Shown one piece after another: positions 22,301-35,455 of a stretch of DNA of 64,000 nt. The position numbers and the translations under genes were made by a program. Under the pieces are notes generated by a model. That model made no database searches. It had not been told where the DNA came from and saw only the letters and a program-made list of their open reading frames with translations. Position 1 is the first letter of the stretch; every line of letters begins with the position of its first letter. Source of the stretch: Centroscyllium fabricii (Eukaryota); contig JBNRSN020000016.1 of NCBI GenBank assembly GCA_051313645.2, positions 69,688,001 through 69,752,000 of the forward strand, in the 5' to 3' direction.

Positions 22301-25300
22301 TGCTCTAATAGGCCACACCTTTAGCCCAAAATATCACAAAGGATTTACCAGAGTGAACAGGTTTGCTCGTGCCGTGATGAACACTTGTTCGGTGCCTGTG
22401 TGGCAACATTGCTCACACTGGTGTTTTAGGTTTTACTTTCCTCCTTTGTGCCTCAACAATGTGAGAGTAAAAGTGAATAAGAATAACCTGCTATGACAGA
22501 TCATAGGGAATGTTTAGCTATTTGACTGCAGATTATTGGATTACATGCCAGTTAAGAGTGACAAACTTGCGTGGGAGTGAAAGTGAATGTTTATGACGCA
22601 CAAAAGAAAATGCTGAAAATTAAACTGGACCAATAACAAAAGAAGATATAAAAAGTCATCAGAAAGAGCACATCCTCTCCAGAAATCTACTCGACATACC
22701 AGAGCAGTCAAGGTTCTGTAAAATTAATCTTCATGGGGTTTCCCTGCGGCCTGCGCCAACTATTTCATGGATGTGAATGGGAGTCCAAAACTGGGAGTAT
22801 TTCTTGGAGAATTTGTTGTAGTTCTCCAAAGGAGGGTTCTCAGCTTTAGACACATGAGAAATGACCCTTTCCACACGAAATGTTCAAGATACTAACGAAA
22901 TATCCTTGGCTGAGTAGTTCCAAAGCCAGTGCAATCCACATGATTCACTGCAGTGTGGATCGTGTTATACCTGGAAGGTCTTGTCTTATATTTTCTCTGG
23001 AGTGCAGCAGTGCTAGTCACCCCATAAACGATCTGAGCAGCTTACATTTAGGGGCGTCCTCATGCTACCCAACATCTAAATATTCAATAGCGTACCCCAG
23101 AGGTGAAACAATAGCACACTTGTGCGATATAAACTGAACATTCACTTATTTCACAGATATGTTTCTTCAAACTCTTCAAAGATGAGAAATCACTTAGTAA
23201 GAAAAGGCCAGATACAAATCATAAAACTGTTTTATTTCACAGCAAGTGAACCAACAGAGAAACCATTACAATCAGACTCACTTAATTCAATCACAACTTT
23301 TCTTCACAAAATAATACAATAAAATGAACTCACTATGCTCCCCTACATTATCGGTCACCTTACTTGATTTAAACTCCTAATTGTCCTGCTGTATGCTACA
23401 ACTTCAGAGCCTTGCCATAGCTTAACCTCGCAGCTTTATATTTGAAATCCTGACTCATTTTGCAGCCTTCACTGAATCTACTGCCTGTCTCTCTACCTCT
23501 TTTTATCTTCCCCTGTTCCCAATCTGGAGGGACCACAGGCTTCCCAACACAATGGGGGTGAGGTGTTTATCTTAGCTCAGATTAGCTCATTGGTATTTTA
23601 ACCACCTATCATGTAAATACATTTTTAAAAAATTATATGAATACACTTTGCATTAAAGAACTTGCATTTAAAAGTAGCTCCTTTTAAAATTTGTTTTATG
23701 TGGAATAATAGTCACAAAATTCCTCAAACATGATAGAGTCCTGGTTGATACAAGGAGCTTTTCCTCTGTCTGCCATGTGTAACAAAATCATAATCCTATT
23801 TCTACACAACACACTTAGGAACTCTTCCTCCATGGTGTTAAAACACCAGAGGGCCATTCCACCTCTCCAGATGATCCTATCACTTCAGTTCTTGCTTAGT
23901 ACTCACAAAGGAGGCCACTTTCAACTCTTTATTTTGGTGGCATCCAGCCAGTATCCCTTTACAACTGAATCACAAATCCGTTCATTTCCTTTTTTAATGT
24001 TTGAACCAGTGCTCGTTCTCTGCACTAGGTGGTGGTCTGTTCCATAAGGCAACAGTGTTGCATGAAGCAATAATTCCTTATATTAAATTATGCTCACAAT
24101 TTCCTTAGTGAATAATTATGTGCCCCAGTTGTCTTGCTCCTATGTCTGTAATTCTCCACATCCACCTAATTGCCTTCATGATTATTCTGACGTCATGTTT
24201 ATTGTAGAGCTGAAAATTCCTATTTGTTGAAATTCTCAACTGCATTGTAGAAAATGGCCTCGTACAAATGCTGCAACACCCCTTTATTCCGAATGTATTT
24301 TAGAATTAAAATTCCCGCTACTTGACTTTTGCCATGGCCTGGGCTGTGAAGCAAGAGAGTCACACCAAGCTGCTATAAATATCTGATGCAAATCTCTGAC
24401 TAATTTCTGCTGGAATAGAAAACTGTGTGCTGGTTACTTTTTTCCACCAAAATTGAATAGGGATGTTCCAAATGAAAGATTCTGAGTCATCATATTCATT
24501 TGGTTCAATTTGAGTCATTTGAATTACAATCTCTTCAGGGCTGTACAGGTAAGCAAGATATGATTTTCAGGCTTATTTTGTGCAGAGGTGAATAAAACTG
24601 AAGATTAATTATTGTTCACCCTTGTTTACCAGAGGTTTACCTTCTTACACATTCACTGCTCCATCCTTTATGGGAGGTCCATTTGCAAGCCACAGAGACT
24701 GTAGCTGCGCAGGTGGATGTAACAGGGGCTGAAGTGGGTAGAGTGGAATGAACAGGTTACCTTCATGAACCCATGCCCTCTGCTGTGCAAATTCTACTGG
24801 GCCCATTTTCCTAAAATGTTGTGCATTCTACAGTTATGATTTTCAGTGAATGTAGGCTGATACACAGCAGAAATGTGTGTCACTTGCCTTGTAAATACAG
24901 ACCCTAGAGCCCATGCTGGTACAGGGATAACCAAAAATAATATGGAAGAGAACCTACTCAGGGAAAAAGGATCACTAGAATGATTAATCTACCTTTGTCT
25001 CACAGACAAATCATTGAGTAAGCTTGTATACATCAAGCGACTCTACAAATAACCAGTTAGTAATAAGGAACGAATACCTTCCATTTTCTGGGTTTTAACA
25101 ATATATATCGTTTTACAGTAACATATTTAACATATAATTGATGCTATATTTAAAATATTGTGCTATGTAATTTTGTAAAACGGCTTACAGACTCACAATT
25201 ACTATACTAATACAGTTAGTTAGACTATTAATCATTTTTAAGTATAGCAAATGTGTTTAAAAGCAGCATATTCCAAATCTCAGTTGAATGGATACCCATA

Positions 25301-25620
25301 AATTCTTGCAAGGCTCTGTATGCAGGAAGTAGCAAGTAACTCAACAATCCACAGGATGCGTTAATACGCTGCAACACCAGTGTGTGAGAATACTCAGTTA
25401 AAATTAATTCTGGGTACTGTACTGTCAACAGGAAGTGGATGTTGGCACCTGTTCCCACAGCATTGGGCAAGATTGTGTACAAAAGAATGCCCCATGTCAT
25501 TCTAATATGAATATTAAAGACTTGACTAAATATTTTTGCAAGTCAATGGTTTGGTATTTAAAACTAAATGCTATAATTAGATATTGGTATGTTGTTAATG
25601 ATGGTAGTGTGTGACTCTCA

Positions 25621-26378
25621 GGGGGGAATTTTCATGTCCCCGTGAGGCGGAGTTTTCAGCGGCCGGGCCGGCAAAATAGCGGAACTGGCGGGCCCCGCCC
25701 CTCCCGCTTTCTCATTTCCCCGCCCCGAAACCTTCCCGCCGCCGACCGGCGGGGATAGGTTGTCACCTCGTTAAGGGCCCTTAATTGGCATCTTTAATGC
25801 CATTTTAAAGGCCCTCAGCCATTTTGCGCTGTTTGCCGCCCTAGCACTGGTTATAACTTTTGCACTATAACCTGGTGTTGTGTGAGTTCCAGAATGTATT
25901 ACTTTCTCCTTTAAGGTCTGAAGGACATGCTGCCAAATGCTTGGCATGCCTCCAGCACCTTACAGGAGTAAGTACCTCTGTTCTGCCTTTAATATCAGCT
26001 GAGACCAGAAACTGAGCAATCACAGTTCTCGCAATGGCCTCAGCTGCTGCAAGCTGTAAGCGATTCGGAGCCCGCCCGCCCACCTGTCAGTCACCAGCAC
26101 TTGGCCTTTCCCATTGGTTCCACTCAACTGTGATGTCACAGTGGAGTGTTACCATGGGAACTGACAACAACCAGTGCTGAAACTGTTAGTCAAAGTGCTC
26201 GCAGCTCCGCTGCAGCCCGACCCGATTCACCTAATTACCTGCCGCTGCCGCCGATGGGGATTTAACAACCCCATTAACATAAAATTGCGTGGGCTTCACA
26301 GCTGGTTGGGCGGGCGGGACTGGAAGCCGCCCCGACCAATCCCCGCCAGGTTCCCGCCCTTCCGGAAAAATTCGCCCC
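25621..26378. mobile_element. MITE, PIF/Harbinger-like
   Basis: TIRs GGGGGGAATTTT and AAAATTCGCCCC, flanks TCA and TCG, subterminal CCCGCC repeats; similar layout to 55609-56403. Confidence 0.7.
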
Positions 26379-27884
26379 TCGGTCTCTCTCTCGGTACATG
26401 TGCACATGTGTGTGTTCCTACCGACAACAAATTTTGACAAAGTGTCACATTAACAACTGGAAATGGCCAAGTTTGAATTTTAAGCTCTTTAGACTGTATA
26501 AACAATATAATGAAATTTTCATATATTTCCCAGACTTATAAAAACAGTATGTTATAGTACAACCATTTGCAGTGTAGAAAGCAAAGCAAGACTTCAAACT
26601 CGGTTAATAAGTGTGCTGACTAACCAAGAATATTTGTAATACAAATATATAAATACATAGAAAATCAGTAAATGATTAGCTGATTATTAAAAATCTATGC
26701 TTTCATCAGTAAAATGTGATGCATATCCAGCTATGTCACTATACTGTATATAGAGAAGCTCATGAAAATACTCACGTTATTTTGGTTTTGTAACAAAGGA
26801 TTGCAAAAAAGGCAAGATACTGATTTATGTCATTAAATATCCCCTGCATCTAATGTATCATTCATTAATCAACCATTAATGATTTTGTGACTGTAATTAT
26901 TAACAAAACTTGAGTTGCTGCTTCTCCCAGCAGAAATATTACAATTAGCATTATTATTGTCATTTCAAAACTATCCATTAACCCCTTAACTCTGGGAATA
27001 CGCAGTGTCTTTGCTAAAGATTCAAAGTGTGACTTTTTTTTCACATACTAATTCACATATTCAGTCTGCCTACTATGACACTGGATGGGATGAGATGACA
27101 ATAAGATGAGGCATATTGAAGTTTGCAGCATTTATAGTTGTTTTCTCTTAGGTAAGAATGTGGATTACGGGCTGCGGAAAAGCTTCATTTTATTTGGTTT
27201 CTAGAAATGTTTATTTCTGAAAAAATACTATCACTCTTCTAAAGGTGCTGTTAATTTATGGGAGGGCCCAAATAGAACTATATTGCCCTACAAAATGTCT
27301 GAAGACACTAAACTTAAGCACTACACTACAGTGTTTTCCCAATCCAGATGGGATTGATTTGGATTTCTGAAGAAGAATCTTTGTTGAATTCTGATATACT
27401 GTACCTCCTTCTGCAAGAGTATACAAATGTATTAATTTCAATATTTCCCCATCTATAATTCTGAAATAACATACTGACAGTTAAAAACTACAAAATGTTG
27501 TATGCTTCTAGTGAAGTGAGTTTTAAATTCCTAATTTTAAAATTTTGTGTCAATGCACAATTTGATTTCTGTGGTGCTGGCCATCCTTAGTATCTATTCC
27601 TCAAGCAGCATGAGTAGATCCCTTAAATCCAAGCAATTTTCATTTTTGTACAGAGAAGGAGGGAAGCAAGTGGAGAAATGTCATATTTGGGGAAACCATT
27701 TAATGAGAGAGGTTTGAATCCATGTTCTAATGCAACTGAATACTCATTTCTATTACATACTACAGCCTGCTCTGGCTAGGATCCTCTGGTCTTCATTGGC
27801 TTTGTTAGAAGAGCAATTTGGTCCACAGTTCCAAATGTATTAATCATTTACTGTCAGAACTGAATAGTTTTAAAATGGGGCTAC

Positions 27885-28225
27885 CTGAATTTTATTTGGC
27901 CCCCTTCTCTCTCTCTTCTCTCTCTCTCTCCCACATGGCAGCCACCTTCCATTCTGCCAGTGCATTTCACACCTAGTCTATAGCTGTATTCTGTCCCCAG
28001 CCCCATCACTATCTCGTCTCATTTTTAATACCTCTTAATGGATTTTCTCTTTTGTTTTCTCTTCCCTTTTGTTCTCTCCCAGCTCCCCCGGCCTTCTCAC
28101 CTGTTTAATTTCCTTGTTTTAATCTTGACAAAGGGTCCTAACCCAAAACGTCGACTCTATATTTCTCTCTCCGCCGATGCTGCCTGGCCTGCTGAGTTTT
28201 TCCAGCATTTTCTGTTATTATTTCT
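27885..28225 (+). mobile_element. Penelope-like element 3' fragment
   Basis: Pyrimidine-rich tract, decayed hammerhead TTGACAAAGGGTCCTAACCCAAAACGTCGAC (~28125-28155), then GATGCTGCCTGGCCTGCTGAGTTTTTCCAGCATTTTCTG as at 11923-11977. Confidence 0.6.
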
Positions 28226-29534
28226 ACCTGAAATTAATTGTGTGACGTTTAATGAATGCAAGTTATAATTTTTATGGTCAGGCAGTAGTATGTATAAAGA
28301 GGGGATTGATAGGATGGCACTGTGGGGTAGCATGTTGAAGCTTCAATATGTTGTATCGCAAACTGCTTGGATCGGGATTTGTCCCAGTGGTTTCCACAAG
28401 GCAAATTTTCAATCTTAGCTGCACCAATAGGGGGCGGTAGAATGGAAACCAAGTGCTTGCATGCATGGAGGAAATGAAGAAATGTTGGCGAGCAAGTCAC
28501 TCGGGACTTCTAATGGCTGGTTACAGGGCAACACTGGAGAGGCAGAAGGCAAGGTTGTTACTACATTTATCCACACAGTATGTTCCTAATTTCAGATTTG
28601 CCAGTGGGAAAAATGTCAAATGGAGGTCAGATATTTTCCCTAAGGAAAGAAGAGAAAATTTTGGAGCCCTTGTGGTCACCTCCTAATGGCTGGTGACTAG
28701 GTTGTATCGATCTGGGGAGACCTAAACGGAGGAAAATGAAACATACAAAAATAATGAATTTGGAGGGGCCAGAGTGCCTCCTCTATTCTACCGCATTTGG
28801 AGTTTATCTTCTCGAACAATTTCTGCATCTAGCTTTGAAACATCAGACACTCTTCAGTGACACTAGGAAAACATTCTGCCGGATTCATTCCTCACACGGC
28901 CATGATTTGGCTGTGTTAACTACAGCATTTCCCTGTAGCCAGGTAGAGACTTCAGTGCTCATTTCTTAATGTTGGCTAAGCTATCCATATTGTCTGGTCC
29001 TTTTATTGTCCTGGTATTGTTGAGGGTAATCTTTGCTTTGAGGTACAAGTGTATTTAGACCTCCCCCCCCCCCTTATCTTAATTAGTCCTTTGTTCAAAT
29101 TCAAAGATATTTAGCTTCAGTTTTCATTGTACTGGATGCTGAGTATGAGGAGGACCGAACAGAGACTTCATCTGAAGAATATTTTCGAACTCCCAAAATG
29201 CTCCTCTGAGTACACCATTTCCAGATTCAAAGGCACACTGCTGAATTCTCCATTTTGCTCGGAGCAAGATTTCTGCCAACTTCTAGAATGCCTCCCAAAT
29301 GGGTCAAGAAATAGGTAACAGTATTTGTAAAGAATTGCGTGCATTAAATAAGCATAACCTTTAAGTGTATTTCTGTGATTAATTAGTAAGAGGTCATGAC
29401 CCAGAATAAGACTGCCTGAGATAATGTCAATTATACATCTAGTAATCTATAAGCAGACAGTTGAAGTCTTGCGTAAACTATTTTTCCCCTTCCAATTTTC
29501 TCGCCTCCTCTCATAAAGGTTCTGATTCATACTT

Positions 29535-29885
29535 TATGGTTCCACAGGTACAGACAGGCTGCCTTCCAGTACCTGACGCTAACAGTCATTCTTAATGAAT
29601 AAGCCTAGACAGTGAACACCACCATCATCACAAGGTGTCATCACAGCTGAACTCAATCCTGCCCTGACCTGACTGCCTCACATGTACACTTTCCAGTCGG
29701 AGTTACTGGAGAACAATCAGGTTTGGCAACCCTGAGTTTCTAGGGCACTGATGCCAATTCTCGTGCTCCGACTGCAACCCAGCTGATAGCAGCTGACTCC
29801 GCACACTCCAGGTCAAACCTGGGATCTTGCAGTCTGTATGGGTTTGTTGTATACTGCCAGTGGATTTATCTGCTAAGTCACTGGG
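29535..29885 (-). mobile_element. Old tRNA-derived SINE
   Basis: The minus strand has a B-box-like CCCAGGTTTGACC head and a body resembling 6130-6225 and 12075-12320. Confidence 0.4.
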
Positions 29886-30102
29886 TTAGCTCTGAAATTC
29901 TAGTGTTCATAAGAGGTGGTGAGCTTTAACTGTGGATTGCTGAAGCAGTTGTTAATAAGATGTAATCTCAGTCTGTTTCTCAGTCTACTTGTGCATCAGG
30001 ATTATTCTCACTTTTCCTGGAATGCCTGGATCTATGTTGTTTCCCGCGGCTAAATCCAATGCAGTGCTTGGACATACTGTACAGACATGCACAGAATGCC
30101 AT

Positions 30103-30512
30103 GGGCGGCACGGTGGCACAGTGGTTAGCACTGTTGCCTCACAGCACTGGAGACCCGGGTTCAAATCCAGCCTCGGGTGACTATCTGTGTGGAGTTTGCA
30201 CATTCTCGCCGTGTCTGCGTGGGTTTCCTCCGGGTGCTCCGTTTTCCTCCCACAGTCCAAAGATGTGCGGGTTAGGTTGATTGGTCGTGATAAATTGACC
30301 CTTAGTGTTAGGGGGATTGAATATGTGGGGTTACGGGAATAGGGTGGGATATGTGTCGATGCAGGCTCGATAGGGATCGAGGGATATGAGGGAGGGAAGG
30401 GGCGGGATACTGGGTTTGGATGATCAGCCATGATCTCATTGAATGGCGGAGCAGGCTCGAAGGGCCGAATGGCCTACTCCTGCTCCTATCTTCTATGTTT
30501 CTATGTTTCTAT
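30103..30512 (+). mobile_element. Full-length HE1-type V-SINE with a CR1-derived tail
   Basis: A box GGTGGCACAGTGG, B box GGGTTCAAATCC, V-domain TGTGTGGAGTTTGCACATTCTC..GGGTTTCCTCCGGGTGCTCC, tail (TTCTATGT)n. Confidence 0.92.
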
Positions 30513-31229
30513 TTGCCCACTTGAGCTGGACAATGCTACAATGTAACAGGTGGATGAACTTGATATTTTATTAGTGTTCTTCTTTAGTTCTGGCAAAAAT
30601 ATGACTGGAATTGAAATTCAGTAGTGCAGTGAATATTTAATTGTAATTTACATTTATGCTTTCATGTTGATTCATTAGGAAAATAATACAGCTTTTGTCT
30701 TTCACAGCTAGTTACAGCTAATGTAAAGTGGAGTTAAAATGACTAAAGATAGGTACAAAAGAGGGGCATGTGGGAAGTATTTTTGTACAAATTAGCTGAG
30801 ACATTTTTGCTACACAGTATTGTCTATCAATATATAAGATAAGGTGTCATCCAATACTTGCTTTAGGTGATTTGACTGTGCCTAAATATTTACACATTGC
30901 TGTATCACCGTACTTAACAGACTGGATTATAACTGCTTCTGCAAACTAGGTTCACAGCACTAGGTCACGGGATAGTCAAAACTATTGTATCCTTAGGGCC
31001 AACAAAATGATAGTGAATCTGCGCTTTTGGTCAAAGAATCAGCTCTTTGCCACTTACCAACCAAACAAACACTCAAATCTTGCCAATTTTAACTGACTTG
31101 CGTGAAATTTTTTACTGATTAGCTGAATTTCAATTTCAATCAGATTTTAACAAGGACTACTGAAAAATACATAAAATAAAATCATGTAAACTCAATCTTT
31201 ACAATTTGGATCCCTGCACTGTCATCCCT

Positions 31230-31740
31230 TTATTATACGCTGTTCTTCTGAAGAAGCCATATATACTTTGACCAATTATCACCAATGCTCAACAGTTTAC
31301 CACTGGTGTCAAAGACTACTTGGCAAGTTATAAAATGGTAGCTTTTGCAGTTCGCACAAGCATCCTCACTGACTGTTGGCGCAGGCATAGAAACACTAAT
31401 ACAATTAATGGCACTGTGGGCACCAGGCATCTCAACCATTTTATAAAGGTTTTGCATAATTCCACTGTAATGTGTCTCACCAGCAGGGAATTTAATAATT
31501 TGTGATGTTCTTCTGCCAATGCATCAAATACCATTATAGCCAAGCAACTAAATGATTACTGCCTAAAACCAACAATGTCACCTACCTGGAACTGAAAAGG
31601 CCCAGAAGCAAATAGAAAACACAACAGCAGCCAAAATTTGAATCCCTAGGGACAGTGTTCCATTCGGTGTGTCCTCGGAGACACAGTGTTCTTTAACATG
31701 TCCACGAGGCAATCAACTGCAGCACCTGAGATATGAAACA
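31230..31740 (-). pseudogene. Decayed PIF/Harbinger (HARBI1-like) DDE transposase
   Basis: Frameshifted minus-strand translation IQILAAV..FASGPFQFQVGDIVGFRQ*SFSC..VFDALAE..MPGAHSAINCISVSMPAP..NCKSYHFITCQVVFDTSGKLLSIGDNW parallels HARBI1 QILAAL..SGSFQ..GDAIG.SQ..MPGV..DC.HV.IKAP..NRKG.HS.NC..VCD..G..NW. Confidence 0.78.
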
Positions 31741-32604
31741 GTTTTTTTCTTTCGAAACAATCATTACAAAGACAATATTCTTTTCTCCTCTCATTCCTGC
31801 CGTTCTTGTCTACACCATTTAGCTCACATCAAAACACAAGTAAAATGCAAAAGCAAATGAATTACTCCATATGTATATCTATCTCTGCATTCATCTGGGG
31901 TGGTTTATATGCATACATCATGGCCTAATTTGAATTGACATAATATAATAATTCTCATAATTTATTTTACATGTCAGTTTGAAGAATTAACATTTAACCC
32001 TTACTGAAAGGAAACAATCCACTGACATGAAACATGTTTAGTGGGAAAAAAATAACTCTCCCAGCAAGGCCAAAGGTTTTACATCCATCTACCTTCCTTA
32101 AACTGGAGAGACAGCATGCAAAATAATGTCATTCTGTACAGCCGCACTCCAGTACTGAACACAAGTGTGAATTATTTGAAGTTATTAATTCTTATTCAAT
32201 CATACTGTTTGAAATATAGCACTCGGATTGGCTGAAAACTGCAATTTGGTCAAACACAGTTACTCTTGCTGGGGTGTGCTTCTCAAGACACGAGCAGCAT
32301 GTGTTGTTATCAAAATCGCCCTACCAGTGTTTCATCAACATTCTCCACCATTGTCCAGATCCTGGAAATTATAGAAACCGACTGACTCTCTTATATTCAA
32401 AGGAATTCTCTGCCCCTCACCACCACCACTGCCATACAAACTCATTAATAATAAAGAAAATCAGTATTTCACCACCTCAATCTGGTGATCAAGTTTCTAC
32501 TAGGCAAAAAAAGAAACTATATATTTTAGCTAAACATCAGCATATAGTCACTGTAGTGAATACGGGAAACAGAATGCACTCTGTGCAAAGGGTTAGAATA
32601 TATT

Positions 32605-33365
32605 GGCCCAAACATTACGATGAGCGCGGGAGGTTTTTGAGCCGGGTGCTCATGCACCCGAGCTCCGAATTTCAGGTAGCAGCCGTTTGCAGCTGCTACC
32701 TGTAATTCCGATGGCGTCCAGCGGGGGATCGCGAGCTTCAGCCGGCTGGATCGCGTTTGCCTGCGCACCAGGAGGTGTGCAGTGGATTTCCAAGATTTTT
32801 CCGAGTTTTTTATCGGGGTAAGTATTGAAGATTTTACGCTGAAAAATATCAGCCGTAACCACCCGTTTTTAGCAGGTAATTCTTTATTTTATAGAATTTA
32901 AATATTTTTTTAACAGGTTTTTAATTTTTTTAAACTTTAAAGACAGGTAAGTATTCTTTTAGGCCAGTTAAAAACTTAATTTTTTTTTTCTAAATTTTGA
33001 TTTTTTCTTTAAAATAGGTAATTTATGTTAGAGTATTGTTAAAAAAATGTGGTGTTTTTTTAATTTTATTTTTGTGTTTAGATGTGTTTTTGAAGCTCTT
33101 CCTTTTCATAACTTACACAGATTTCTCCGTGTAAGTTGTGGATGGAGGATTGCTTCCATTGATTGGCTCCCTGCAGATCACGTGGTCCCGTGCGATATCT
33201 CCCACGAACTACGCCGTTGAGTTGCACCAGCAGGTCGCTTGGAGCTTGCAGCAGCTGGACAACTCGGGATTTCACATCCCAGAATTGCAAAACGGCAGAA
33301 GTGCAGGGTAAGTGTACCTTGGAGCCTTGCACTCGCAGGAAGGCTCCAAGGCTAATTTTTGGGCC
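32605..33365. mobile_element. MITE, PIF/Harbinger-like
   Basis: TIRs GGCCCAAACATTA and TAATTTTTGGGCC; GC-rich ends with an AT-rich core. Confidence 0.7.
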
Positions 33366-33881
33366 AGTCTGTGTTTGTTCCGTATTAAGATCTCAATTAC
33401 ACATATATTCTAGTTTACCCATACTCTTCCTTCCAACCACCAATGATCATAATGCTGCTCCAACATCATTGTCTGCAAGATCCACAGTTACATCAATCAC
33501 AAAACAAGGAACAATCTATCACACAACTAACCACATTTTGAATAAAACTAATTAATTCAATCTTTATTATTCATACAGCAGCAATATTGGATTCAAATGT
33601 CTGAGAATAAAAATATGTAATTGTTATTAACTACAATAACATAACAGTACTTTTAATCCAATAATTTCACTGTGGCAAAATTAGTTGGATTAATGAAGAA
33701 TGATTATTGGTTCCCAAAATGTTCAGATATCCTTTACCATACTGAAGAAGTCTAGTGCATTGGTGTATCTTGTAGCAAAATATTTATTACTTTAGAAATA
33801 TTAGATGCAAAATGCACTTTGGGAAACAAAAAGTGTGAGCTATTTGGACTTGGACTGTGCATTGGTTGTATCTAATAATTA

Positions 33882-34246
33882 ATAGAAACATAGAAACTAG
33901 GAGCAGGAGTAGGCCATTCGGCCTTTTGAGCCTGCTCCGCCATTCAATGAGATCATGGCTGATCATCCAAACCCAGTATCCCGGCCCTGCCCTCTCCCCA
34001 TATCCCTCGATTCCTATCGAGCCTGCATCAACACATATCCCACCCTATCCCCGTAACCCCACATATTCAATCCCCCTAACACTAAGGGTCAATTTATCAT
34101 GGCCAATCAACCTAACCCGCACATTTTTGGACTGTGGGAGGAAACCGGAGCACCCGGAGGAAACCCACGCAGACACGGGGAGAATGTGCAAACTCCACAC
34201 AGATAGTACCCGAGGCTGGATTTGAACCCGGGTCTCCAGTGCTGTG
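33882..34246 (-). mobile_element. HE1-type V-SINE, 5' truncated
   Basis: Reverse complement of most of 30103-30512, lacking the A box. Confidence 0.9.
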
Positions 34247-35269
34247 TCACTTATACAAAGGTGTTATGTAATAAAGCAATAATATAACTCAATAGTTTAT
34301 AATATAGATACAGATGACTGAATCTGCATTCATTTATATGAAGTTGTAGCAGAGTTGTTGATTATCTTGTTAATTGTAATGCTATAATGTCTGGTGCATT
34401 GTAGATGACATTTTTAGTTTGAGAAATGATTACCCAATTTTAGTATGTGAGGACTCTCTTGCATGGTGAAAATTGAGCATGCCATATTTTAGTAGACAAT
34501 TTAAATTTTCCCATTTCCCTAAAGTACTTTGATGTGGAAGCAGGGAATTGTTAAACATTTTTTAGGGGAGGGAGCAGAATTCACCTTATAGGAGTCATCA
34601 TATGTACCTTAGCACAACTATATTATTTCTAAAATTCTGTTCTTAACATTAGTTCTGAATCACAGTGCGTGACCTCACAAACAATACTTTCCAATAGACA
34701 ATCTGCAGTCTCTGCCCTCCAGAATAGAATGTTAAGCATTATAAAGTGCTATTTGATGACAATGACCTGGGTTTGGTGTCATTATAGATAGCTGATCTTT
34801 GCTAACCAGGAGACTAGAAGAGATGCAGCCAGCTCATAGATGCCAGTGCAAAATCTCCTGCATCTCCCCCTACAAACAGTAAGCTTACTGCTTAACACAC
34901 ACAGGTCTTCATGATGTTACATGCTAGAGTTAGACTCTTTCATTGTGGCTTTAGGATGTCATCTATTTAATATGTCTCACTCTTTGAAAATAAATACACT
35001 ATGGCAGAGATTTATGGGATTGTAAATACGTGTAGCTATAAAATAAGATTCTAATTTTTTTTTACCCTTTCTGCTGATAAATTCTCGCTGGTATGAGGAA
35101 ATGTTGTCACACTGATAACTACCATCTGTCCCATTCATACGATGAAAGTGTTGATTTCACCAAGACTTAAAGAATTATTTTAATGTGAGCGTTTGCAATG
35201 GTGGATGGGTCCCAGCTAATCTGCGAAGCAGTGAGCTGAATGGGATTGCCTCAGGACACTGCTATGTTT

Positions 35270-35455
35270 GTTTCCTAAATCTTTCTGTCTCTCCACCTCT
35301 CTCTCCTTCTTTAAGACACCCCTTAAAACCTACCTCTTTGATCAAGTTTTTGATCACCTGTCCTGATGTCAATTTTTGGTCTGATTACACTTCTGTGAAA
35401 CGCCTCGAGACATTTTACAATGAAAAAGGCGCTATATAAATGCAAGTTGTTGTGG
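35270..35455 (+). mobile_element. L2 LINE 3' end fragment
   Basis: CTTAAAACCTACCTCTTT (LKTYLF) followed by the L2-type tail GGCGCTATATAAATGCAAGTTGTTGT. Confidence 0.7.

Noticed and set aside
30103-30175. tRNA gene
   Set aside because: The A and B boxes belong to the SINE head and continue into the SINE body.
33857-34225. Near-identical ORFs at 29985, 33857 and 50572 suggesting a gene family
   Set aside because: They are antisense translations of SINE copies.
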